Shown here: positions 29,717 through 41,555 of the stretch, piece after piece
How positions within the stretch are numbered: position 1 is the first letter of the stretch
Layout: the number at the start of each line of letters is the position of its first letter
Assembly: GCA_003693705.1 (NCBI GenBank)
Contig: RBZT01000743.1
Location: 1-64,000 of the forward strand
DNA length: 64,000 nucleotides
Direction of reading: 5' to 3'
Origin: Polymyxa betae A26-41
Taxonomy: Eukaryota; Protista; Endomyxa: Phytomyxea
Made by a program: the position numbers and the translations under genes
The notes under the pieces: generated by a model
The model's input: the letters and a program-made list of their open reading frames with translations, nothing else
The model's database searches: none
What the model was told of the DNA's origin: nothing

Positions 29717-30872
29717 TTCCGCGAACAAATCTTGCATTCAGAACTTGTTGATACGTTCCTTGCACTTCATCGAGCTGGGAAACTGCATATGAAATTAGGG
29801 GCTCCTCAAGTGAAACAAAGTGGGAGAATGCTTCGTGGTGTAACTAGGAATCTCAGTATAACGACAGAAGTAGGAATGACTTGATAATTCTGCATCTTGG
29901 TTAATGATTGAAATCCAGAAAGATCTTGAAGACCATATTGTCAACTGTGGCAACCATTTTCAATCTCTTGGAACCGTTTTGTTTAATCTCATCACTAACG
30001 ACCTATACTCGCTCTGTTGTGATAACAGGAGTAGATAAAACGACATTTGTGGCTGTAGCATTTCTGGCTTACTCTAGTCTAATAACACATTTATCCATTA
30101 AAAGAGAGAATGAGCATGACAGCAAAAACACAACGGTCTACTGCTCTACGTCATATTACGTCGAACAGAGTCAATCGAACATCTGATGACGCGCAAATGT
30201 TCACTTCAACGCTTCCATTATATCCAGAATGAAGTTTCCCATCGCCGAAGCAACATGACAAAGACGGAGGGGCTAAGCTCCAGAACTATCAAAATGTCCC
30301 CGTAATCTGTTGACGACAAAGCTAGAGCAAAAGCCATTGCTTGCAATGAAACGTCTTCCATTGTTCGATTTCGCCAAGCCACCGGACAGTTGAAGTTTCT
30401 CGAATGGAGTCGCCTACTTAGCTGCAATAAAACAGCAATAAACTCGACAGGCGTTACGATGCTCTTGAAGTTGCAAATAGAAAATACCTAGACATTGCCT
30501 ATGTTCTTTCGTCGTTGAACTTTGCAGAACTTCCTCTTAACCAACGTCATGCAACCCGCCAATCCCATCCAGTCCAGTTTCCGCCCAGTTAAATCTTCAG
30601 GAAGCTGTTTTAAAATGCACAAAGCTGAGCCGACAAAATCACGCTTGCACTGAGCTTATTCGATCTAGAGTGCAGCAAACTTCATGTCTTCTCCAATATA
30701 TAACTAAGCTATACATCGGCCATCATGTACTGATTGCTTATGGCTGACAATGTTTTGTATGGTCATACTACAATGGTAAAGGGAAGGCGCATCAGTCTTA
30801 TAAGTATATTGTTATCGTCGGCCTTACGCTCAATCAACTTTCATCTGTTCTAAACTCTCGGAAGTCATCGTG

Positions 30873-32638
30873 ATGCAGCACAATAAGCAGTTCGACATCA
30901 TCGTATTCGGCGCCAGCGGCTTCACCGGGGCTCGGATCTGCAGCTATATTGCTAGACGAGCCCAGCCAGAGACCAGGATTGCTGTAGCCGGCCGCAACCA
31001 AAAGCATCTAGAGGGTAATTCGAAACCATATCGTACCGAATGCAAACAATTTGTGATGTATTGCAGATCTTTTATCAGAGTTGAAAGTGTCCTGGAATAT
31101 AATCACTGCAAGTTATGAAGTGCCTTCTACGATATCTGAAATGGCATCTCGGGGTCGTGTAATTATTAATTGTGTTGGTCCGGTAAGAGCTCTTTGCCTT
31201 TCAGCTCTGTACTACAACCCGTTCGAATCGAATATTACTTTGTTTGCTGGATTGTTTCTGATTGTATCTGTCGCAATTACTAAATCTGTTCTGTCGCCTT
31301 TCAGTATCGTCATTTCGGGCTGGCTCTGCCGGAAGCCTGTATTCACGCTCATACTGATTATATCGATGTTTGTGGCGAACCCGAATTTCTGGAGCGAACT
31401 CAACTTGAATTACACGATCTGGCGTCTGCAGCGGGGGCGTTAGTTGTCGGTTCATGCGGATTCGATTCGGTGCCCTCCGACCTTGGAGCCTGGTGTACTT
31501 ATCACCAGCTTTTGAAGCAGGGCGCCAAATCTGTGGATTCGGTAAGGCTGAGCTCTTTCTAAAGCATTATCAAATAGTAATCCTCGTTATTGTCAGATCG
31601 AATGTTTCATGTCGTTGAAGTACGGTAAAGCTGGAATAGCTGTTCATTATCCAACTTATGAAAGCGCCATCTATGGAATGGCGAATGTCTCGAAATTGAA
31701 GGAGGTATTGGGCTCGGCTTCATAAGAACATCATTGATTTCGGTAAAAGGTACGCCGGCAGCTGAACCAACGCCATCCCAGCCAGCAGAATAGCTCAACT
31801 AACAGAAATACGAATATCGCTCGGTCATCAGGCCCTCGTCAGCGGCTCTTTTTCGATTCTCGTGTGCAGAAGTGGGCTCTCCCTTTTCCAGGTATGGCTC
31901 CATTTCTGCTTTCTCCTCCAAACCATTAACAGAACATCACCATCTTTGAAACTGATCCTGGATCCAGGCGCCGATTCGTCAGTGTTGCGTCGAAGTTTTC
32001 AAAATTTGGCGAAGGGTATCATGGCAGCAGAACGAATGCATTCGATTTATCATTAGCCACATAGATGCTGGACGCCGCCCTGATATTTCGGTTTACTCAA
32101 CAGTGTCGTCGCTTCTCTGGGCGTTGATTGTATCGATTTGGGGAACTTTGTTCATGTTCCTAACTGGGTTTCCAATCGCTCGAACCATCTTACTTCAGGT
32201 TGGATTTTCACTCAATGCGGCTCTGAAATCTGTTTACTTATCGGTGATCATTAGTTCCCTTATCTGTTTTCATTGGGAACCGTATCGCACTCTGGTCCCA
32301 CTGAACAGCAAATAAAAGAGACGAGCTTTGAAGTCAATATCTTCGGGCAAGGCTGTACTGACAGTTCTGGCTCAATCAACATTCTGAAGAAATCTGTTCG
32401 AGTTTCAGGACCAGAACCTGGGTACGTTATCTTCATTCAGTTCTTTTCATTGACACCATCGTCTAATAGGTATGTCGCGACGTCGATTATCGCAGCAGAA
32501 TGTGCATTCGTATTGCTTTCCGAGCGCCAGAAATTACAGTTTCAAGGCGGTGTGTTGACACCGGCTTTGGCTTTCCAGGGCTCAAATTTAATTCGGAATC
32601 TTCACGAAGCTGGGATTAGGTTCGACGTGATTGAATAA
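30873..32638 (+). CDS. SCCPDH: Saccharopine dehydrogenase-like oxidoreductase, multi-exon
   Basis: FDIIVFGASGFTG, AVAGRN, IINCVGP, YIDVCGEP, CGFDSVPSDLG, GPEPG|YVATS, GGVLTPALAF. Confidence 0.88.
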
Positions 32639-33109
32639 AAAAGGCAAGCTGCAATATCAATGAGATCACTTTCTTATCTATTACACTGATAAACTTTTCG
32701 AATAAAAGGGCTTCCATAGGCGTCAATGGAATTCATTATGGTCATTGATGGGGTATTGTTGGAAAACATGGCAGTTCCCAGCCCATATCAAGACATGACA
32801 TAGTCTGCTCAAATTTCAGCTTTGCTTCAGTTTCGGTGCACATTTCAAAGTAGTTCATAGGACAGCTCGTTTCCAGATTGAATCCAAAAATTCAGCGTAG
32901 GTGATAGCTGAGCTTGGCAACCTGCAATACGATGTCGCTTTGGCTCATACATTGTACTGGTAAACATGGTTAGCAGCAAACTCCTGTTGAGCACCAGGTA
33001 GAGTAGACAAAATCGGTTGTTTGATCCGGTAGAACGATTCGTTGCATCAGAAATGCTGGAAATCGGAGAGGTAATTTGTGGCTTCCTGTTTGCTGACACA
33101 TTTCGACCG

Positions 33110-34290
33110 ATGATTGATCATCGCTGCATTTACGTTGTCGTCTATGTCTTTCTCTGGTCAACGCAGGCTCTCCTAATTAAGCAATCGGTTCAAGGTCCGA
33201 AAGATGCTCCTTTGCAAGCCGAATATCCTTATGAGGCAGGTTCATGATATCTAATTGGGAGACCTGAAACTCAAGTTCGATCAGGTTCTGTCAATGATCA
33301 TTCTTGTGGAAGGGTTCAAGCTGGCGGTTGCTCTGTTGGTCTATTTCTGCACGTATGACCAACCATTATTGTATTCTAGCCGCTAACCTGTAACTAAGCG
33401 ACCATGAATGGACCAGAGGAAAGGCCAGCAAATCATGGACGCTGCTGGCACATTTCAACGATGGGATGGCGCTGATAATAGCAGCTGTTATATATGCAGT
33501 ATATAATGGTAGAATGGGCTGCTCCATCATCATGGCATTATGATAAAAGCCTTCTATAGGGCTGTCCTTTATATGTCTGAAGTTATTGGAGCCCGGCACC
33601 ATTCGGGTTCTCATCAATCTTCGTGTGATATTCTCTGGCGTCCTGTTGCATTTCGTTTACAAGCGGAGGCTGGCTGCCAAGCAGTGGATAGCGCTGGGTC
33701 TGCTGTGTTCAGCCTGCGTCGTCGAGCAAAGCGGGAGCTTCCGGTTGGATGGCGGCTTAGTCGCCCTGGCTTTGGTGCTCCTGCAAGGATTCTGTTCTAG
33801 CCTGGGAGGAATCTATTTTCAATGGCTTCTGCAACGAAACTATTCGCTTGGAATCTGGGTGAAGAACATCTATCTGTATTTTTGGTCATTGGTCGTGTAT
33901 CTCTTCGCAATCTGTGCCTTCCGTCCTGAGCTTTTATCACCAGCTGCGTTCCTACATAACCTTGACGTCAGAGCTATCCAGATCGTGATCGTTGCAGGGC
34001 TTGGTGGGATATTTACAGCCTTATTGCTGAGACACTTGAACGTCATTGTCAAAGAGTATGCCAATTTCGCCGAAATGATCGTCGTCGCTATTGCCCAAAA
34101 TATGCTATTCCAAACGCCGCTTCGCCCGACTCTGTTCATGGCCATATTTCTGGTGACGATCTCGCTGATAATATACAATTCGACACGGTCCATATTACCG
34201 AAAATCAATGGCGAATTAATCGAGACATCAACACTAAGAAAGTTTCAAAAAAACGATCACAGCTACTTACCAATCTCCATTAAAGAATGA
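33110..34290 (+). CDS. Nucleotide-sugar transporter, SLC35A-like, paralog 2
   Basis: MIDHRCIYVVVYVFLWSTQALLIK...YPYE|VLSM; EPGTIRVLINLRVIFSG; GGIYFQWLLQ; WVKNIYLYFWS; KEYANFAEM shared with paralog 1. Confidence 0.87.
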
Positions 34291-34898
34291 ATTAGTTGAT
34301 TTCAGTTTCGCATCAAATAGCGTTTTATGCTGGCTGCCTGTGTATTGGCTTTGTATGTTGTCGCCGTTTTGAATTGGCCATTTCGGGTAAAGCTCATCAC
34401 TTAAGCGATGGTTATTGCAAAAGTGACGAAATAAGCGCCAACGGAGACGCCAAGCTTCGATGTCACTGGAACAGGGCGACCGCTATTGATAATGGCAATT
34501 CGGGCTCTGGAGCTAGATTGAAATGTTCAGTCCTGCTCTAATCATTCATGAACTAAGTATGTTTTGGGCGATTAATTCGAATCTTAAAGAATGTACCACT
34601 AAGCCCTAATTCGATAAGCCAGCTGCATTTGACAACCCTTTGCATTTACGAAATTATCTGTATATTGGGTTTAGTAAAGCGATATTTTTGAAATGCCGTT
34701 TGGTTGCATTTCGTTGAAGTTCCGCAATCTTGATTAGTGACACGATTTCGACCAAGCACGCTTTCTTTGGCGAGACTCGCCAGCGGAATGGCTTCGTCGA
34801 TGCTTTTCATAGCGGAAATCGCCGGGACCTCTCCTCCTGATTTAGGCATATGTAGAACAACATCAACGATCAAGCAACAATCAGTCAAGTGTCAAAAC

Positions 34899-35086
34899 AT
34901 CGAGCGTTCACACGACTTGTTCTTTTACTCTTGTTTTCGTCTCCTTTTTGTTCTTTAAAATGATGGGATTTATCGACTTTATTGAAAAAAAAAGGTCGCT
35001 GATTTTTCTTCAATAAAGTCGGTAAATCCCAAAATTTTCAAACAAAAAGGAGACGAAAATGAGAGAAAACCGTGGGAACGCTCGAT
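34899..35086. repeat. Long imperfect palindrome / hairpin, about 190 nt
   Basis: ATCGAGCGTTC pairs with GAACGCTCGAT; TTTTCGTCTCCTTTTTGTT pairs with AACAAAAAGGAGACGAAAA; GGGATTTATCGACTTTATTGAA pairs with TTCAATAAAGTCGGTAAATCCC. Confidence 0.9.
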
Positions 35087-36048
35087 AATCCCAAATCAAT
35101 GCAAAAACACAATCGCGATATAAATAAAAACCAATTCCCATTTATATCATCCCGTGCGGTTCACCAGCCAATCCAAAAAATAAATAACCGATATAGACCA
35201 ATCCATTCTAATTTTATCTCGGTAATTAATTCGGGAAAATCTCATCCATCTTGTTGAATGAAGCCAAATAATCTACTCCATGATAAAGCAACGCCGCAAT
35301 CTGAACTGGCAACAGGAAGAATTTCACTATTTCTTTCAAACAACCAACTATATTAGATCTGACATTCTATTCTTGCATGCACCTGCTGGAGTCGAGACGC
35401 ATTTTGACCTTATCAATGGCAGCGCTGAAACGTTCCGACTCTAAACGGTTGTATCTTTTCTCTAAAAGGATAAGACTCGCCAGGTCGCGAAGAACTTTTT
35501 TCCCATCTCCTAAAAGCTCGTTTTGAAGAAGTGTATCAATCTCGGTCAGTATCTCTGCGCCCTCTCGCAAGATGTTTCTGGAGGAATGGCTTGCTGTAAA
35601 TGATGTTCCGCGTTCGACCAGCTTGTCCATCTGAGCGAAGAGGTCCAAGCGGGCGAATGATTCACGAAGAAGTTCCAATTTATTCACCACTGTTGGAGAC
35701 ATTCATCATATTTATCCATTTTGTTAATATAATCAACACAAACTCCTTTTTTACATCTGGTTTCAGCACAATAGTATAGAGTTTCATTTTCATCAAAGCA
35801 AATAAGGCAAGTGTTATAAATGGCATTCATTTTATCTATATCTATAATCTTTTTTTTTTATCTTTTTCAGTATTTTTCAACAGTATAAACGGTGATTGGT
35901 TTTTGGTTTATATCAGTAATTTATTTTTTGGGGCGGGTTGGTGATATAAATGGGAAGTGGTTTTCATTTATATCAAATTGGGTTTTTGGATTGATTTGGG
36001 ATTGGTCTGGTGATATAAATGGGAGTTGGGTTCGTTTATATCGGTAAT
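35087..36048. mobile_element. Putative non-autonomous foldback/TIR-type element with about 120-bp imperfect inverted arms enclosing an orphan ORF
   Basis: The reverse complement of 35087-35149 closely matches 35942-36003, and about 35162-35205 matches about 35900-35944. Arms are built from GATATAAAT-N13/14-(A/G)TTTATATC units. No transposase or TSD seen. Confidence 0.5.
35367..35702 (-). CDS. Orphan 111-aa helical protein inside the inverted-repeat cassette
   Basis: Intronless ATG ORF with Leu/Glu/Arg-rich amphipathic pattern, in AT-rich flanks. Confidence 0.45.
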   Translation of the reverse strand: MSPTVVNKLELLRESFARLDLFAQMDKLVERGTSFTASHSSRNILREGAEILTEIDTLLQNELLGDGKKVLRDLASLILLEKRYNRLESERFSAAIDKVKMRLDSSRCMQE

Positions 36049-36644
36049 ATACACGTTGCGTTCTTTCAGCCGAACCAGCCTCTTAAGTAGTGATCTCCAA
36101 GTAGCGCGCAAGACGTGGCGCGGACTCCTGCTAAGTCGATTTTTCGGTTCAGTCGATTAGGAACGCACTTGACGCGGAGAGGCCTCGCTCCCCACCAACC
36201 AGATTGGGGTCCTCCTCACCCATCTTCGCCATACATGACAGCAATTAAGAACTGGGACTTAGAATCTTCATTGTCTGAACCATTGTCTACAGATCGCATT
36301 CAGGACACATGGTCTGGCTGCGTCAATCAATGCAACATGAGTCGCATGGCTTATAGAGGCACCGTCATCTTGCCGGAGAAAGATGAAGTAGAATACCTGC
36401 ATGATCAGTACTGGGTGCCATTTCACAATTGCCCATTGGCGAATGCAACCCTGGCTACATGCGTTCAGTTACAGGCAAGTGGCAAACCAAGACGAGAAAA
36501 TACAGATCAAGCTGAAAAGAAAGCGTTCCTATACAAGGAAGGACTGTTTAATGTCCACAACTAAAGCGGCAGCAATCATAGTGGCAACCCCGGTAATGAA
36601 ATAGTTCTATTGACTACTAATTTAATATAGATATAAGCTATTCT

Positions 36645-38041
36645 CTAATCGGGATGATCTCGTGGCCTAGCACGACTTAGAACGTTATTGACATCAGTGA
36701 TGTCACGGCTGAGGTCTTTGGCAAGTTCATGACCAAGCCATCTGGGCAATACCATTTTGATAGGCACTTGCCCATCAGCTTCAGAAATGACATCGTCTAA
36801 GTCGAACTTCCAAACCTAACGAAACTCTGTTGGTCATCCTTCTTGAAAACCATATTGCAATTTTTTGGCTGTACTGTACCCTATTGCAATGGAACCATAC
36901 ATCAGGATGTTTGAAATTCCCCTTTAAAGCCAGTTCCTAAATTCTGTAAAATTTTGGTTTGTTCACATTAAAACCCAATTATACCGAAGTGGTTGCTTGC
37001 CTGGCCAAATCGTTTAAAGCTTGTATGTCTGTAGTGGAAAGTTCAGCGCCAACAATGCATACTGGAACGACGCTATCATGTTCAGTATCATGAGCTCCCA
37101 ACAAAAATTGGGAGAACTGTGAATCTGATGAGTTTCGATATGCTCCTGCAAAAATTGAAGCCATAATTCAATAATTTGATGTTCTGGTTACCAAGAGGGA
37201 CTAATTTTAAGGGTCCTTTGAACACGTTCGAGCGAAGCTTAACCATTTCATAGTTGAAATTATCCATGGTTTTTTTCCTGTGCCTCAGGAAATGACGAAT
37301 CCCCAAAACGGTCAACAATACAACAGTCGCTACTGCGACTCCAGCAGTAATCCACAATATAATTGAAGACTTCAAATGTCGTTTACGATTCATGTAGTCA
37401 TCTTGTTCTGAAGAAGACGCTATGGGATCTGAATCTGGTGTAGCTCCAGGTCGGGAGTTAACGCTTTGGCTGTCAAGACGAACAATGATTCTTGCTAGGA
37501 AGAAATATCCACGAATGACGAAAAAATTGCCAAGCGTTAGAAATGGGGTCAGATCGATTGAATGACCAGAGTTGAATCTTTGCCTTTTGAATGCAGTAAT
37601 AGATCGATCGGCGAGCAGTCCCCAGTCGCGATTTTCAGCTCGATGAAACCAGATGTCGTGATTATGAGTCGGGTAGATGTGGAACAGACGCAAGACGACC
37701 GGCGAGATCTGTCTTGTGAATAACCCAGAAGATCCATCTAAAGCACGAGTTCATTACCGACATTTACCAAAATCATATTATAAATTGCCTGTCATAAATT
37801 CTATAGATGTAATGGATTGATTGTTGGTATTCAACACAAATTCAAAGCAATCAGAATTGTTCGTGTTGTACTGAAGCACATCTCCGACGCCGTTGGGCTC
37901 TTCTAATAAAAGCTCTCCAGTCTTGATCCAGGACAGCTCTAGACTTGTTACTAACCTCGCCGCTGCGACACTAACCGTCAACATGCAGAGAATCGGCATG
38001 CTAGACAAGAAACTTTTCGACGAATGTAAAAAAAACTTCAT
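36645..38041 (-). CDS. Type-I membrane protein (signal peptide, ectodomain, TM) with a cytoplasmic DNA ligase I-like OB-fold; 5 exons, 395 aa
   Basis: Exons 38041-37789, 37737-37192, 37145-36985, 36936-36880, 36815-36645 total 1188 nt in frame. TM IILWITAGVAVATVVLLTVLGI then RHFLRHRKK. Tail LKLVPLGAY..FLLGAHD..VCIVG..HPDVWF..VW..LPRW. Confidence 0.75.
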
Positions 38042-38100
38042 GTTTTACTTGCCACGTTTGCCGACGCGGTTTTGAGACGTCAACGAGGTCGGTCAAGATA

Positions 38101-41100
38101 TTATTGCAATGGAACATGAGTGTAGACCAGGCATCCATTAGCAAATTGCTGAGTGGTATGACAATCGTCGGATTGCAATTTCCATCGTGTCGTCAAGAGT
38201 CCTTCCACACCAACGGGTCCTCGCGCGTGAATACGTCCAGTAGAAATCCCAACCTCAGCCCCGAGGCCGAATCGATAACCGTCTGCGAATCTGGTGGAGG
38301 CATTATGAAAAATGCAAGCACTGTCAACCTAGCGGGAATAAGATTAGTCGAAAAAACATACAAAACCAATGCCCTGACTTGGTTGAGGAAAATCTCTGCA
38401 GTTTCAACATTATCGGAGACAATAGCTTCGGTATGCCCACTGCCAAACTCATGGATATGGTCGATAGCGGCTTGAACATTAGGAACAAGCTCAAGGGTTA
38501 GGCTGAGATCCGAATACTCTATAGACATCGAAACAGCAGGAGTCAAATGAAGGGCACGAACAGCACGTGGTCCTCCAAATACTTTGATAGAAGCTTCCGT
38601 CAAAAGATTTAGAATGATCTGAAAAACATTTTAAGTAACGAAACAATCAAGTCTAGGTATATACGTTGATGTTTCCATTGTTGACATGAGAATCGTGAAT
38701 CAGAATAGTCTCAACGGCATTGCAGGCAGCAGGGTAGGTAGATTTCGAGTCAATCAGCAGAGCTTTAGCTTTTTCCAGATCCGCATCGCAATCGATGTAC
38801 ATATGGCAAATACCGTCCGCGTGGCCTAGTACAGGGATTCTTGTGTTCGATTTCATGAAATTTACTAATTCTGACGACCTAAACTGAATTTGAACATCAA
38901 GCAGAAAGAGTAAATAAAAGCTTTAAACATACCCGCGTGGGATGACCAGATCAATGCAGTCGTCTAGCGATAACAATTCGCGAATATCTTCGCGCGATTC
39001 AACAAGCTGGAGTATGTCTCTAACAAAAATTAAATAAATACAAATACAAGGGCCTGCATACAAGCTCATTTCACCTTGAAACAACACCATTACTGGCAGA
39101 GTAGATAGCGTCAACAATAACAGAATGCAAAATTCGATTTGAATATTTTGCTTCTTTTCCGCCTTTCAGCAAGAGACCATTACAGCTTTGCAACGCTAAA
39201 GAAAAAAATATGATTAGAGCATGAGCTAACAAGCTAACGAGAGAAACTATGACAAACCTAGAGAAGCGATTTGTGGCAGCGCATCTGGACGTGATTCGAA
39301 AACGACCAAAAGCACCCCAATTGGTGACAATTCTTGCCGTAGAATCAATCCTGGAGAAAGCTCAGTCTTTCTCAGTACCCGAGAAAGAGGATCGGGCTGT
39401 GCTGCCAATTGTTCAATTCCTTCGGAAAGCTGTTTTATTTTGGCTTCGGTCAAAACCAACCTGCGAAAAATTCTAAGTGTTAATCCACAACGTAAGCGAA
39501 ATGAAAAGCGACCACAATACCTGTCTTTCATTGATTTGGAGAGGTTTGTTAATTTCATGGAAAGAGTCACATCCTTTTCATTTTCTTGCAAAATTTTATC
39601 ACTATTTTTCAAAAGAGCGACGCTAACCGCTTTCAATATTTCAATGCGTTGAGCGCTGCAGCCATTCTGTCAGTATAAGGAGAAGCGAAGTAAGAAATGC
39701 GATACCTGGTTAGAGAATGTAGCATGCGAGCGGCTTCGCGAGCTAATTGCGCCTGATCCCGAACAGAAATATTACCTTCTTCAATGGTCTTCAAAGAGAA
39801 TAAAGTGCCCACTGTCACGCCATTGCAGATATCTATTATTGAATTCGGCAGATGACCTTCACAAAAACAGTCAAGAAGTTATCAATTTGGCGAGCCAAAC
39901 TGACCCGAAGCAATGACTACAGCACCAACTCCTCGGTTAACCGCATCCATTGCAGCATCGATTTTCGCCTACCGGAACATTCGGAACAGATAAACAAACA
40001 GCAAAGGAGTGACAAACCTGCATACCGCCACGTCCAAGTCGTGATTTTTCGCCAATAGTAACGCTGGCATTGGGGCGGTAAACATGCATAACTCGTGGCT
40101 TTACGCCTTTCTTTAACGTGTTTGGTGGAGCATAATATAGTCCTTCCTATAGGCATCATAGCATTAACAACAGAGCATCACGCGATAAAATAAAATCAAT
40201 GAGAGTCAGCGTACAATCCATATCAGAAAACAGCCGATTTACCACATCAGTTAAAAGGATTTGTAATTGTACGCCCAAGACGGCAGATACCAGAGAGGCA
40301 AGCGAATCATTGTCCCAGAAAATGTGGCCGTCGTCATCAGTGAGAGGAACTTCTCGACTGCTCATAACATCATTCTCATTAAGAATCGGAATGATACCCA
40401 GCGACAGCAACGTCCGCATTGTCGATGCGAACTAGCAAACAGAGCCTTAGACGTATCGTCTTGCAACGGTCGCGGATCCTACCTGATTGCGCTTCTGAGG
40501 TGAATTAAAATTAGAATCCATAACAAGAATCTGAGCACATTTGATATCATGGATGCCAAAAAGAGTCTCATATAACGACATTAGCCGAGATTGACCAGCA
40601 GCAGCACAAGCCTAATCGAGATTATCTGTAACAGCCACAATCATCGGAAAAAGCACCACCTTCGGGTCCCAATCCTGACTCTTCAGGTTCGACTCCAGCT
40701 TGTCCATAGAGTTCTTGAGCGTGCTCTGCAGTATGGACTGCTTGTTGAGCTTACGTCGGCCAACGCCGACAGCGCCCGACGTGACCAAGATAATCTTCTT
40801 GTTTTTCTCATGAAGACGCCCGATCTGATACCAATAAGACAGAAAGATAATGACCAACGGACATCCCAACCTGTTCAACTAGGTTACCAATACGCCCCAG
40901 TGCCAAATGACCCTTCTCAGTCGTCACTAGACATGGATAACGTTACCACAAATGATTCAGGCCTCCTCATGTATCATTTACCGACACCAGTCCCAACTTT
41001 AACCAGAATGAGGTCACATTCTGGAAACTGGTCGCGACGCAAGCCTTTCGGCTGGGGGGCGCTGCTGGTACCCTCGGGCCCCAGTGCCGAAAACGATGAC

Positions 41101-41102
41101 AT
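38101..41102 (-). CDS. P5CS: Delta-1-pyrroline-5-carboxylate synthase (glutamate 5-kinase plus gamma-glutamyl phosphate reductase), multi-exon
   Basis: [97 protein letters not shown]. Confidence 0.95.
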
Positions 41103-41555
41103 GACGAAAATCCGAATGAGGGTAGGCCTTCTTTGTATGATTGATGCGCCACGTCAAACTTGTGGTGCAGCCGTCCTGGTACATGCATAACTACCGAATT
41201 CGTCTCCATCTGGATGCGCGTATCCTATGTTTCTATCCAAAGTTTTCATATTTTCTGATTTCAGTTGGAAACTTTTTTTGCAAATTTTATTTGCATATTT
41301 TGATGAAAGTAAATCATGAGAACCCGCTGAAAGTTCAGTTAATTTCGCTGTGTCTTCAGTTTACGTATCAGAAATATCCCTGAACGCCATGTTTGCAAAT
41401 TGAGCACTACATGAAGATCGCTGAATTGACCAATCTTGGCCTCGGAGCTATAGATGCGTGGGACCTCGATGATCTTTCAGTTCGGTCAAGTGCTTGGCCA
41501 ACCACGCTCCTCAGCCATGCAATAATTCCCAGCATTGATTTGGCCGAATCACTTG

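Noticed and set aside
29900-30750. Possible small minus-strand spliced gene
   Set aside because: Splice-like sites are present but every join tried hits a stop codon.
36115-36564. 149-aa plus-strand ORF beside the inverted-repeat cassette
   Set aside because: Non-ATG start in the track and no recognisable motif; cannot be supported as a gene.
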